Shown here in pieces: positions 1 to 10,056 of a stretch of 64,000 bases of DNA; within the stretch, counting starts at the first letter, position 1; the number at the start of each line of letters is the position of its first letter. Below the pieces are notes generated by a model. The model did not search any database, was not told the origin of the DNA, and worked only from the letters and a program-made list of their open reading frames with translations. The DNA lies in contig CAVWVQ010000003.1 of assembly GCA_963758525.1 (NCBI GenBank), positions 1,152,001 through 1,216,000 on the forward strand, written 5' to 3'. The DNA comes from an uncultured Phycisphaerales bacterium. Its GTDB lineage: Bacteria > Planctomycetota > Phycisphaerae > Tepidisphaerales > Tepidisphaeraceae. The translations under genes and the position numbers were made by a program.

Positions 1-34
1 TCCGGGTTGTTCCCGCCGAAAGGAAGAATGTCAG

Positions 35-1447
35 ATGCCTGAGCTGGTCGAGCCCGTAACACCTTCGCAGAAGGCATTCGCGACGTCCAAAACGTTTCTC
101 GCCCGGGCGCCGCATCCCGATGTCTTCCGTCTCCGCGCCGTCGTCGTCGCCGGCCTGCTGCTCTTCTTTTTCGTCGGAGTCCCGATTTTGGATCGTGCCG
201 GGCTCGTCGAGGATTACAAGGTCAACATCCTGGGCAAATATCTGTCGTTTGCGATTCTCGCCCTGGGCATCGACCTGATCTGGGGCTACACCGGACTTCT
301 CTCTCTCTGCCAGGCCCTGTTCTTCTGCATGGGCGGGTACATCATGGCGATGCACCTGAGCCTGCCGCAGGGCGGCGGCGACGTGCGCCCTGAGTACAAC
401 AACATTCCGCAGTTCATGTTTTTCAACAACGTGAAAGAGCTTCCGATGTTCTGGAAGCCGTTCGCGTCGATGCCTGTCACGCTGCTCGCCGGGCTCACGC
501 TGCCGGCGCTGGCCGGTGCGCTGTTTGGCTTCTTTATCCTCCGCAGCCGCGTGCGCGGCGTCTACTTTTCCATCGTCACGCAGGCGCTCGCCTGGGCGGC
601 GTTCCTGCTCATCAGCCGCAATGAAATGTTGCTGGGCGGAACAAACGGACTCACTAACTTTTACAAGCCAATGATGCAGGCCCGCGGCTGGATCATCGGG
701 CTCTACCTGCTGACGCTGACGATGGTCGTGCTCGCGTATCTGCTGTGCCGAGCCATCGTTCGCTCGCGGCTGGGGCGCGTGCTGGTGGCGATTCGCGACA
801 AGGAAACGCGTCTCTATTTCGCGGGATACAAGCCATACGTGTTCAAAGTTTTCGCGTTTGCCGTTGCCGCGATGCTCGGTGGAATCGGCGGGATGCTCTA
901 TTCCCCGCAGGTCGGAATCATCACCCCGCAGAACATGAGCGTGGAAGAATCGATCTTCATGGTCGTCTGGGTTGCCCTGGGCGGCCGAGGCAAGCTGTGG
1001 GGATCGGTCTTTGGCGCACTGCTCGTTCTGGTTGCCCGCAGTTCGCTCACCTCCGACCTTTCCGGCGCGTGGATGGTCGTGCTGGGAATGACCGCGATCT
1101 GCGCGGTGCTGCTCTTCCCGGAGGGATTCGTGGGCCTCTGGGCGAAACTCGAACGGCAGATCACGATCGGCGAACCTTTTGGACGCATCGCAACGACGAC
1201 CATACCGATCATCGCCGTCTCTGTTTTCGTCCTCGCTGAAGTGTTGGGCGTCACGCCAAGATTTTTGCAGGAGCACGCTCCCCTTGCCCTGCCGCTCAAA
1301 TACTGGCTGATGATTCTCGTGCTGGTGACCGCCGGGATATTGAACTACGTCCAGGCGAAAAATGACAAATTCGCCGCCAAAGCCCGCGGCTTTGCCGTGG
1401 ATCCCGCCGAGTCCACGGCCGAAGTCGTCGGAACAGGAAAAGCATAA
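35..1447 (+). CDS. urtC: Urea ABC transporter permease UrtC
   Basis: Branched-chain-amino-acid-type permease with DLIWGYTGLLSL, GVYFSIVTQA and GGTNGLTNF motifs; directly upstream of urtD/urtE and urease. Confidence 0.9.
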   Translation: MPELVEPVTPSQKAFATSKTFLARAPHPDVFRLRAVVVAGLLLFFFVGVPILDRAGLVEDYKVNILGKYLSFAILALGIDLIWGYTGLLSLCQALFFCMGGYIMAMHLSLPQGGGDVRPEYNNIPQFMFFNNVKELPMFWKPFASMPVTLLAGLTLPALAGALFGFFILRSRVRGVYFSIVTQALAWAAFLLISRNEMLLGGTNGLTNFYKPMMQARGWIIGLYLLTLTMVVLAYLLCRAIVRSRLGRVLVAIRDKETRLYFAGYKPYVFKVFAFAVAAMLGGIGGMLYSPQVGIITPQNMSVEESIFMVVWVALGGRGKLWGSVFGALLVLVARSSLTSDLSGAWMVVLGMTAICAVLLFPEGFVGLWAKLERQITIGEPFGRIATTTIPIIAVSVFVLAEVLGVTPRFLQEHAPLALPLKYWLMILVLVTAGILNYVQAKNDKFAAKARGFAVDPAESTAEVVGTGKA

Positions 1448-1449
1448 CC

Positions 1450-2217
1450 ATGCCCCACCCGGCCGAGCGCACGACATCCGCTGACACGCCAATGGTCGCG
1501 CTCACCGACGTCGTCGTGTCGTTCGACGGTTTCAAGGCCCTGAACATCAATTCGTTTGTCGTGCCGCAAAATCAGCTTCGCGTCGTGATCGGTCCCAACG
1601 GCGCGGGCAAGACGACCATGTGCGACGTGATCAGCGGCAAGACGCGCTCCGCATCCGGCAAAGTCGAGGTCAACGGGGTGGACGTCACACGCATGGCCGA
1701 CGTGGAGATCGCGCGGCTGGGCGTCGGCCGGAAATTTCAAACTCCGACGATCTTCGACAGCCTCACCGTGTACGAAAACATGGAACTGGCTCTGCCGGGC
1801 CGGCGCGGGATCTGGAAAAACCTGATCGGCCAGGAATCCGCCGCACAGCGCGATGCAATTCTGGCGATTCTCGAACGGGTTCATCTGATCTCCGATCTGT
1901 ACACCCCGGCCAAATATCTGAGCCACGGCCAGCGGCAATGGCTGGAAATCAGCATGCTGATCATCGCCGAGCCCAAGCTGCTGCTGGTGGATGAGCCGGC
2001 GGCGGGATTGACCGACAAGGAAACCGAGCTGACTGCCGAATTGCTCAACGAACTGAAAGGGCGTCACACGCTGATCGTGATCGAGCACGACATGGATTTC
2101 GTCCGCCGGCTCAACACGCAGGTGACCGTGCTGGATAACGGCCAGGTGCTCGCCGACGGATCGCTCGCCGAAGTGCAGGCCAACCCCGCTGTCATCGAAG
2201 CTTACCTGGGACGCTGA
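1450..2217 (+). CDS. urtD: Urea ABC transporter ATP-binding protein UrtD
   Basis: Walker A GPNGAGKT, LSHGQRQWLEI signature, Walker B LLLVDEP. Confidence 0.92.
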   Translation: MPHPAERTTSADTPMVALTDVVVSFDGFKALNINSFVVPQNQLRVVIGPNGAGKTTMCDVISGKTRSASGKVEVNGVDVTRMADVEIARLGVGRKFQTPTIFDSLTVYENMELALPGRRGIWKNLIGQESAAQRDAILAILERVHLISDLYTPAKYLSHGQRQWLEISMLIIAEPKLLLVDEPAAGLTDKETELTAELLNELKGRHTLIVIEHDMDFVRRLNTQVTVLDNGQVLADGSLAEVQANPAVIEAYLGR

Positions 2218-2219
2218 TC

Positions 2220-2915
2220 ATGCTCGCAATCGAACATCTCTCCTTCTCCTACGGCATGGTGCAGGCGCTGCACGATCTGACGATGGAAATGCCGCAGGGC
2301 AAAGTCACCTGCGTGATGGGCCGCAACGGCGTCGGCAAAACCACGCTCATGAAAAACATCATGGGGCTGCTGAAGCAATCCTCCGGAAACGTGACGCTCG
2401 GAGACAAGGTGGTCAGCGGGCTGGCGGCGCATCAGCGCGCCAAGGCCGGCATTGCCCTGGTTCCGCAGGGCCGGCAGATTTTTCCGAAACTGACCGTTGC
2501 CGAGAATCTGAAAGTAGGCCTCGAAGCCCGCACCGATGGCGTAAAGACTCCGCCGGAGGAATTGTTCGAGTTGTTTCCCATTTTGAAGACCATGTCGAAG
2601 CGCATGGGCGGCGATCTGTCCGGCGGCCAGCAGCAGCAGCTTGCCATCGCCCGCGCGCTGGCCGGCGATCCGAAGGTGCTGCTGCTCGATGAGCCGACGG
2701 AAGGGATTCAGCCCAATATCATCCAGCAGATCGGCCATGTCTTGCGGAAGCTCGTGACGGAAAAGAACATGACGATCGTGCTCGTCGAGCAGTACCTCGA
2801 TTTTGTCCGCGAGTTCGGCCATCGCTTCTACGTGATGAACCGCGGCCGGGTGGTGGCACAGGGAAACACGGAGGAATTGAACGCGGATATCGTCAATAAG
2901 CATTTGAGCGTGTAG
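2220..2915 (+). CDS. urtE: Urea ABC transporter ATP-binding protein UrtE
   Basis: GRNGVGKT, LSGGQQQQLAIARAL, DEPTEGIQP. Confidence 0.92.
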   Translation: MLAIEHLSFSYGMVQALHDLTMEMPQGKVTCVMGRNGVGKTTLMKNIMGLLKQSSGNVTLGDKVVSGLAAHQRAKAGIALVPQGRQIFPKLTVAENLKVGLEARTDGVKTPPEELFELFPILKTMSKRMGGDLSGGQQQQLAIARALAGDPKVLLLDEPTEGIQPNIIQQIGHVLRKLVTEKNMTIVLVEQYLDFVREFGHRFYVMNRGRVVAQGNTEELNADIVNKHLSV

Positions 2916-3330
2916 ATCGGCCTCGCTTGCGGAGTACCGGAAGCGAGGCCGATTTAAACGGTGTTGCTGCGCGGTGAAGCGGCGCTCATGTAGGGCGGGA
3001 TTTATCCCGCCGTGTTTTGCGGCAATGCCGAACGAAGGCGGGATGAATCCCGCCCTACGCTCTTCCGGAGTACCGGAAGCGAGGCCGATTTAAACGGTGT
3101 TGCTGCTCGCAGCCGCGGATGTACATCCGCGGCTTCCTTACGCGAAGCCGCGAGCGGAGAACGCGGGGATCATGCTTTATTGTGGTGCAGGCTTCCAGCC
3201 TGCTTTCCGAATTTAGCGGGCTGGAAGCCTGCACCACAATGAGAGTAGATGAGGGCGCATGGCGAGCGTGCTGGAAATTCCAAATCACCCTCTCCCCAGC
3301 CCTCTCCCCCACGACCGGGAGAGGGAGCAG
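2916..3330. repeat. Cluster of palindromic repeats between urtE and ureD
   Basis: 41-bp direct repeat 2930-2970/3066-3106; GTAGGGCGGGAT...ATCCCGCCCTAC inverted pair ~2990-3059; TTGTGGTGCAGGCTTCCAGCC...GGCTGGAAGCCTGCACCACAA pair ~3180-3239; CCCTCTCCC...GGGAGAGGG hairpin ~3301-3325. Confidence 0.85.
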
Positions 3331-4191
3331 GAAGTCAGTCGGCCCCATAAGACCACCTCCCGTCCCGGCGCTGGTTTTGTGACGTTCACGCGCGTCGGCC
3401 CGCATACCGCCGTCACCCGCGCCCGCGCAGAGCCCGCTGAAGCTTCTTTGCCCGCGCGGCGCCGGGCCGAGCGCCTGGGTTTTCACCAGCAACTACGGCG
3501 GCGGACTCGTCTCGGGCGACCATGTCCGCCTGCGGGTCCATGCGGGCGAACAGACTACCTGCCTGCTCAGCACGCAGGCGTCGACGAAAGTTTATCGCAG
3601 CACCTCCTCAAGCGGCGCTGGTCAGTCGATCGTTGCCCGCGTTGACGCCGGGGCGTTGTGCATCGTCGGCCCGGATCCGGTCGCCTGTTTTGCCAATGCA
3701 CGATTCGAGCAGCGGCAGCAGTTTCATCTCGATGAAAACGCATCGCTCGTGCTCATCGACTCGCTCACCAGCGGCCGACTCGCCCATGGCGAACGCTGGG
3801 CGTTCTCCCGCTATCGCAGTGCAAACGAGATCTTCCTGGGAGACCGCCGCATCTTCCGCGACACGTTGCTCCTCGATCCGCTCGACGGCCCGCTCGAGCA
3901 CCCCCAACGGCTTGGCCGTTTCGATTGCCTCGCGATGGCGTTGCTCATCGGCCCGCGCGTGCTTTCGGCAGCCGAAACATTGCTCTCGTCAATCTCCGCC
4001 CAACCGCCAGGCGTCGGTCGCCAAACCGGACTGCTCATCTCCGCCAGTCCGCTGCGCGTCGATGGACAGGCGCGCGGCGCAGTGCTCCGGATCGCGGGCG
4101 CAGCGCCCAATCCGTCAACCGATTCCTCCACGCGCAACTGGAATTTCTCGTTCAACTCCTTGGCGAAGACCCCTGGAAACGAAAGTGGTGA
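3259..4191 (+). CDS. ureD: Urease accessory protein UreD (two frameshifts in this sequence)
   Basis: Joined frames give PLKLLCPR...YGGGLVSGD...TQASTKVY...PDPVACFANARFEQ...GRLAHGERWAF...LGEDPWKRKW; shifts near 3430 and ~4105; start uncertain. Confidence 0.8.
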
Positions 4192-4197
4192 ACCGTC

Positions 4198-4953
4198 ATG
4201 CATCTGGCCCCGCGCGATATCGACAAGCTTCTGCTTCACAACGCCGGCGTCCTTGCGCAAAAGCGCCTCGCCCGCGGAACCCGGCTCAATTACCCCGAGA
4301 GCGTCGCGCTGATCGCGGCGCAGGTGCTCGAATTCATTCGCGACGGGCGAAGCGTCGCCGAGCTGATGGATATGGGCCGGCGCTTCCTCGGCCGCCGGCA
4401 GGTGATGGCGGGCGTTCCGGAGATGGTCGCCGAGGTGCAGGTCGAGGGAACGTTTCCCGACGGCACCAAGCTCGTCACGGTGCATCATCCCATTGCCGCC
4501 GAAAATGGGGACATGGAACTGGCCCTCTATGGGAGTTTTCTTCCCGTGCCTCCGTTAACGCTGTTTGATGAGAAGGAGGATGCGATTCTTCCGGGCGAAT
4601 GCCTGACCCCTGATGGTGAAATCGCGCTCAATGCAACGCGCGAAACCGTCGATCTCTCCGTCACCAACACCGGCGATCGCCCGATTCAGGTCGGGAGCCA
4701 TTACCACTTCATCGAGACCAACGCCGCCCTGCAGTTCGATCGCGGCAAAGCCTATGGCAAGCGGCTGGATATCCCCGCGGGAATGGCCGTGCGATTTGAG
4801 CCGGGCGATACGAAAACAGTGACACTCGTTTCCATCGCCGGGAACCAGGTGATCCGCGGCGGAAATAATCTCGCGGACGGGCCGGTGACGGAAGAGGGAC
4901 GCGCTCGCGCGATTGAAAAAGCGGGAGCCGCCGGATTTGGAAACACTGTTTGA
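4198..4953 (+). CDS. ureAB: Fused urease gamma/beta subunit
   Basis: N-half LNYPESVA...[14 protein letters not shown] (gamma); C-half [15 protein letters not shown]...RLDIPAG (beta). Confidence 0.95.
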   Translation: MHLAPRDIDKLLLHNAGVLAQKRLARGTRLNYPESVALIAAQVLEFIRDGRSVAELMDMGRRFLGRRQVMAGVPEMVAEVQVEGTFPDGTKLVTVHHPIAAENGDMELALYGSFLPVPPLTLFDEKEDAILPGECLTPDGEIALNATRETVDLSVTNTGDRPIQVGSHYHFIETNAALQFDRGKAYGKRLDIPAGMAVRFEPGDTKTVTLVSIAGNQVIRGGNNLADGPVTEEGRARAIEKAGAAGFGNTV

Positions 4954-4978
4954 TCGGCGCTAAGACGCCGTTGCATTA

Positions 4979-5030
4979 CCCCCTCTCCCGGTACGCCGGG
5001 AAAGGGGGAGATCTATTCCAGGGGAGGGAG
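4979..5030. repeat. CCCTCTCCC-type palindromic repeat
   Basis: CCCCTCTCCCGGTACGCCGGGAAAGGGG, same family as copies at 53217-53317, 58797-58835, 59232-59270. Confidence 0.7.
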
Positions 5031-5050
5031 AAAGAGGAACGGAAAACGCC

Positions 5051-6766
5051 ATGCCCCATCGAATTTCCCGGCACTCTTACGCCGACATCTACGGCCCCAC
5101 CACCGGCGACCGTCTTCGCCTCGGTGACACATCCCTCATCCTCGAGGTCGAAAAAGACTTCGCCGTCTACGGTGACGAATGCAAATTCGGCGGCGGGAAA
5201 ACCATTCGCGAAGGAATGGGCCAGGCCGCGGGCGTCTCGCAGAAACAGGCGCTGGACTGCGTCATCACCAACGCGCTGATCGTCGATTACACCGGCATCT
5301 ACAAAGCCGACGTCGGCATCAAGAACGGGCTGATTCACGCCATCGGCAAAGCCGGGAATCCGGATGTCATGGCCGGCGTGCATCCTGACCTGATCATCGG
5401 CGTGACCACCGAAGTCATCGCCGGCGAGGGGCTGATCCTCACCGCCGGCGGGATCGACACGCACATCCATTACATCTGCCCGCAGCAGGCGTACGAAGCC
5501 ATCGCCGCCGGTCTGACCACCATGGTCGGAGGCGGCACAGGGCCAGCCACCGGGACCTGCGCCACGACATGCACGCCGGGAGCGCATCACCTGGAGCTCA
5601 TGCTCCAGGCGACCGACGCCCTGCCGTTGAACTTCGGATTCACCGGAAAGGGAAACACGTCGCTGCCCGAGGGTCTTGCCGATCAGATTATCGGCGGCGC
5701 GATCGGCCTGAAGCTGCACGAAGACTGGGGAACCAGCCCGGCGGCAATTGACTGCTGCCTGAGCGTCGCCGAGCAATACGACGTTCAGGTGGCGATCCAT
5801 ACCGACACGTTGAATGAGTCGGGTTTTGTCGAGGCGTCGATCGCCGCGTTCAAGGGCCGCACGATTCACACGTATCATTCCGAAGGAGCCGGCGGAGGGC
5901 ACGCCCCCGACATCCTTCGCGTCTGCGGCGAGCCGAACGTGCTACCGAGTTCGACGAATCCGACCCGGCCGTACACCGTCAACACGCTCGACGAACATCT
6001 CGACATGCTGATGGTCTGCCATCACCTCGATCCCAATTTGCCGGAGGACGTTGCCTTCGCGGAAAGCCGGATTCGCGGCGAGACGATCGCCGCCGAGGAC
6101 ATTCTTCACGACCTGGGCGCCATCAGCATCATCAGCTCCGATTCGCAGGCGATGGGCCGGATCGGCGAGGTCATCACCCGCACCTGGCAAACCGCGGACA
6201 AAATGCGCTCCCAGCGCGGCACGCTGCCCGGCGAAACCGCCGGCAACGACAACCTGCGCATTCGCCGATACATCGCCAAGTACACCATCAATCCCGCCAT
6301 CGCCCACGGCTTCGGGCATCTGGTCGGCTCCATCGAGCCGGGAAAGCTCGCGGATCTGGTCCTCTGGAAACCCGCATTCTTCGGCTCGCGCCCGGAAATG
6401 GTGATCAAGGGCGGCTTCATCGCCTGGTCGCAGATGGGCGATCCCAACGCCTCGATCCCGACTCCGCAACCCGTCTACATGCGTCCCATGTTTGGAAGCT
6501 TCGGCCGAGCCGTCGGTCCGACGTCGCTCGCCCTCGTCAGCGCCGCGTCGCTGGAGAGCGGCACCGTCCAACAATATGGGCTGACAAAACGGATTGCGCC
6601 GGTAAAGAACTGCCGCAACATCGGGAAGAAGGACCTCAAGCTCAATGACGCCACGCCGAAGATCCAGGTCGACGCGGAAACGTATCACGTCACCGCCGAC
6701 GGCGTCCACCTCACCTGCGAACCGTCGGCTCGCTTGCCGCTGGCGCAGCGATACAGTTTGTTTTGA
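5051..6766 (+). CDS. ureC: Urease alpha subunit
   Basis: [39 protein letters not shown] nickel-site motifs. Confidence 0.98.
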   Translation: MPHRISRHSYADIYGPTTGDRLRLGDTSLILEVEKDFAVYGDECKFGGGKTIREGMGQAAGVSQKQALDCVITNALIVDYTGIYKADVGIKNGLIHAIGKAGNPDVMAGVHPDLIIGVTTEVIAGEGLILTAGGIDTHIHYICPQQAYEAIAAGLTTMVGGGTGPATGTCATTCTPGAHHLELMLQATDALPLNFGFTGKGNTSLPEGLADQIIGGAIGLKLHEDWGTSPAAIDCCLSVAEQYDVQVAIHTDTLNESGFVEASIAAFKGRTIHTYHSEGAGGGHAPDILRVCGEPNVLPSSTNPTRPYTVNTLDEHLDMLMVCHHLDPNLPEDVAFAESRIRGETIAAEDILHDLGAISIISSDSQAMGRIGEVITRTWQTADKMRSQRGTLPGETAGNDNLRIRRYIAKYTINPAIAHGFGHLVGSIEPGKLADLVLWKPAFFGSRPEMVIKGGFIAWSQMGDPNASIPTPQPVYMRPMFGSFGRAVGPTSLALVSAASLESGTVQQYGLTKRIAPVKNCRNIGKKDLKLNDATPKIQVDAETYHVTADGVHLTCEPSARLPLAQRYSLF

Positions 6767-6899
6767 GTCTTGTCGCGTTCCTCGTGCAGCCGCCGTGCTT
6801 GTTCGCAGTCTTTGGCGCAGCGGCAGAGCTTGTTTTGAGCCTTGCGGCATCGACGGTATCCTTCTTTTCAGCAACTCTGTTGTTTCCAGGAGATGACCT

Positions 6900-7190
6900 T
6901 TGACCACCGACACGAATCCCGATCCCGCCCACTCCGCCCCTGCATCGCGCACGCCTGAAGAAGTCTTCAACGCTCGCCTGGGCATCGGGCTGTTCTTTGT
7001 TTACCTCGCGATCTATGCCGGCTTCGTGCTGCTCAGCGCATTCAGCCCTGACGCGATGGGCAAGCCGGTCAGCTTCCTCGGGGGGCTCAATGTGGCCATT
7101 GTGTACGGGATGGGATTGATCCTGGCGGCGCTGGTTTTGGCGGCTGTTTACATCATCGCGTGCAAGCCGGTGACGGAGGAGTCCAAGTGA
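6900..7190 (+). CDS. DUF485/YjcH-like small membrane protein
   Basis: Two TM helices, NARLG...Y.GF...G.NVAIVYG pattern; GTGA overlap with a solute:sodium symporter. Confidence 0.75.
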   Translation: MTTDTNPDPAHSAPASRTPEEVFNARLGIGLFFVYLAIYAGFVLLSAFSPDAMGKPVSFLGGLNVAIVYGMGLILAALVLAAVYIIACKPVTEESK

Positions 7191-9353
7191 GCCAGGTCGA
7201 TCCGCTTGCCGTGTTTGTCTTCCTTGTGCTGGTCGGCGCGGTGCTGGCCATCAGTTTTTACATGGGATCCCGGGCCCGCGACGCGCGCGGATATTTCGCG
7301 GCTCACGGTGAAATACACTGGTTCGTGAACGGCGTCGCGTTCGCGGGAGACTATCTCTCGGCGGCGTCGTTCCTGGGCATCTGCGGGATGATTGCCTTTT
7401 ACGGCTACGACGGGTTTCTCTATTCAATCGGATTTCTCGCCGGCTGGGTGGTGGCGCTGTTTGTCATCGCCGAGCCGCTCAAGCGCCTGGGCCGGTTCAC
7501 GTTTGCCGACGCTCTGGACAATCGATTTCAGTCGCGCGGCATCAAGCTCAGCGCGGCGATCAGCACGCTGCTCGTGAGCCTGTTCTATCTGATTCCGCAG
7601 ATGGTCGGCGCCGTGCGCTCGTCCGTCCGCTGCTGGGATGGGAGCACTGGGCGGGCGTCCTGCTCGTCGGCGTGATCGTGACGATCATCGTCGTGACCGC
7701 AGGAATGGTTTCCACCACCTGGGTGCAGTTCATCAAGGGGTCGCTGCTGGTCTTCTTCTGCGCGATTCTGACCGTCATGATTCTCAACCGCGGGTTGACC
7801 GTCAATGCGGCGCCCTCCAACGGCACATTCACGGCGATTCCGCCCGGGCGCAGCCAGTCACTCCAGCGCCCTCCGCTGCCAAGCCCGCTGCGCCGCCGCC
7901 GAAATTTTTTGCGATCTCCCAGCCCGATGGATCGGTGCAGATCTGGCGGGAATCGGCTGGGAAAATCGACCGGCTTCGCAGCGTGACCGTCGCGTCCGAT
8001 GAATCAAAGCATTTCGCCGGATTCGCTGACGGCGAAGATCCGAAGAAGTTTTCTCCGACCAGCCGGGTGGCGGAATTGCCCGGGAAGATCAGCGAAACCG
8101 GCTCGATGGGTCCGATCAAGTATCTTGCAACGGTCCAAAACAGCGTCATGCAGTTCTGGTCATCGGAGAAATTCAGCACGCCCGCAGGCCAGACCACCGC
8201 CTACATTCCCCGCACCGCAGCCGGGACCAAGCTGCTGACGCCCGGCGGAAGTCCGACCTTTAAAGGAGTGCGGAGCCCCAAGTTCACCGACAAGCTCGAC
8301 TTTATCTCCCTCATGCTCGCGCTTTTCGGCGGCACCGCTTCGCTGCCTCACATCCTCATTCGCTATTACACGGTGAAAGATCAGGCGGCGGCCCGTAAGA
8401 GCACCGTCACCGGTATCGCGGCGATCGGGTTCTTTTACGTCCTCACTCTCTATCTGGGTCTTGGCGCGATGACCAGCGGCTCACTCGATGTGACCGTCGC
8501 GGCGAACAGCAATCTGGCCGCCCCGCTGCTCGCTAAGACATACGGCAGATTTCTCTTCGCCGTGATCTCCGCCATTGCATTCACCACGGTTCTCGGAACC
8601 GTCAGCGGTCTGATCATGGCTGCCAGCGGCGCGGTGGCGCACGACATCATGACCAACATCATGAAGATCCAGATGGACGATCGCGACAAAGTCCGCGCCG
8701 GAAAAATCGCCGCCGTTTTCGTCGGCGGCGCAGCGATGGTCCTCGGCATCGTCTTCAAAGACCTCAACGCCGGATTCCTGGTCGGCTGGGCGTTCAACGT
8801 CGCCGCCTCGGCAAATCTCCCGGCACTGATCATGCTCCTGTTCTGGCGTCGCACTACCAAGCAGGGCATTACCGCCGCCATCACGGTCGGCCTGCTCTCC
8901 AGCCTGATCTGGCTGCTGCTCAGCGCCCCCGCCTATCAATACGTGTATAAGCTCCCCCCCGCCAACGCGATCGTGCCCTTCAGCCAACCAGGAATCGTGA
9001 CAATCCCGCTGGGGTTTGCGGTGCTGGTTGTCGTCTCGTTGCTCACGCCATTACCGGTGCTTCGAAGCGAGGAATTCTCAGGGAGAATAACTGAGTCCAG
9101 ATTTGCAGCGGTTGGAGTTGTGCGCGTAATTGGATTGATCGTAGGCTACCCTACGAGCTATTTTTTTCAGCCAGGAGCTCTTCGGGCAAAGCTGTCCCTT
9201 ACGCAATACGTCCAGCATATTAGCGACGTGTTTAACAGCAAGGATTTAGTGGGAACGGCGATCGGAGTCTGGATTGGGTGTGTCATCATATTTTCGCTGC
9301 TTGGCCTGATGCTCAGCTTGGCAGCCAATTCGAGAAGGGACAGCAAACCGTGA
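7187..9353 (+). CDS. actP: Cation/acetate symporter ActP-like (SSS family), two frameshifts
   Basis: NGVAFAGDYLSAASFLG, GMVSTTWVQFIKG, GTASLPHILIRYYTV, AFNVAASANLP spread over three frames (shifts ~7620 and ~7850). Confidence 0.8.
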
Positions 9354-9940
9354 ATCGCCTTTGGGCACGACCTCCTTTGAAGCTGGCAGTTGCCCTTCTT
9401 GTCGCCACCACAATCGCTTTAGCTAACGTTCCCCGGAAGCTTGGTTATCCGCAACCTCAAAAGTGGAGGGCAGGAGATATCGTATTTCTTAACGGAAACT
9501 CCGCCCGCAGCAAGATCGTCCGCTTGCTTCAGGGTTACTGCTTAGATTATTCGCATGTCGGAATCGTTGTGATGGACAACGGCGTCCCTTTTGTCGTCAA
9601 TGCCGATCCTGCGCAGGGAAGGGTCGTAAAGCAGCGGTGGGATGCTGTCGTTGACCCGCGCCAAATCTCCGGTGGGGCGGTGTTCCGAGTGGTAAACGCG
9701 AATTTGTCGCAAATGAATAAGGCCTCGGAGGTGGCCGAAGGATATGCGAATGACGGCGTGCCCTTCGATTCTGAGTTTGATCTTCGCACCACAGATCGTC
9801 TTTTCTGTACAGAGATGGTGTGGCGGGCCTATCGGTGCGCTGGTATCGATCTTTGCAAAGATGCGGAGACGATGCATCCTCACCTGTTACCGGAAGACCT
9901 TCTTAAGTCCCATGAGCTTCAGCTTGTCCTACGGTTCTAG
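9350..9940 (+). CDS. Permuted papain-like amidase (YiiX/YebB, permuted NlpC/P60)
   Basis: GDIVF...YSHVGIV...PFDSEF...FCTEMV, His before Cys; N-terminal hydrophobic segment; GTG overlaps the actP stop. Confidence 0.8.
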   Translation: MNRLWARPPLKLAVALLVATTIALANVPRKLGYPQPQKWRAGDIVFLNGNSARSKIVRLLQGYCLDYSHVGIVVMDNGVPFVVNADPAQGRVVKQRWDAVVDPRQISGGAVFRVVNANLSQMNKASEVAEGYANDGVPFDSEFDLRTTDRLFCTEMVWRAYRCAGIDLCKDAETMHPHLLPEDLLKSHELQLVLRF

Positions 9941-10056
9941 ATCTCCGAAAAATTACAGATCTTGCGTCTGAGCGTTAACGGTGGCGTGAATACGTTATCA
10001 TTCTCTGCTCAAGACAGAAAAGTGAAGTCAGCCTGTGGGCGGCCCAGGAGGAGAGC

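Noticed and set aside
2930..3106. 41-bp repeat pair as mini-CRISPR or att sites
   Set aside because: Only two copies, the intervening DNA is itself a REP-like palindrome, and no integrase or cas gene is nearby.
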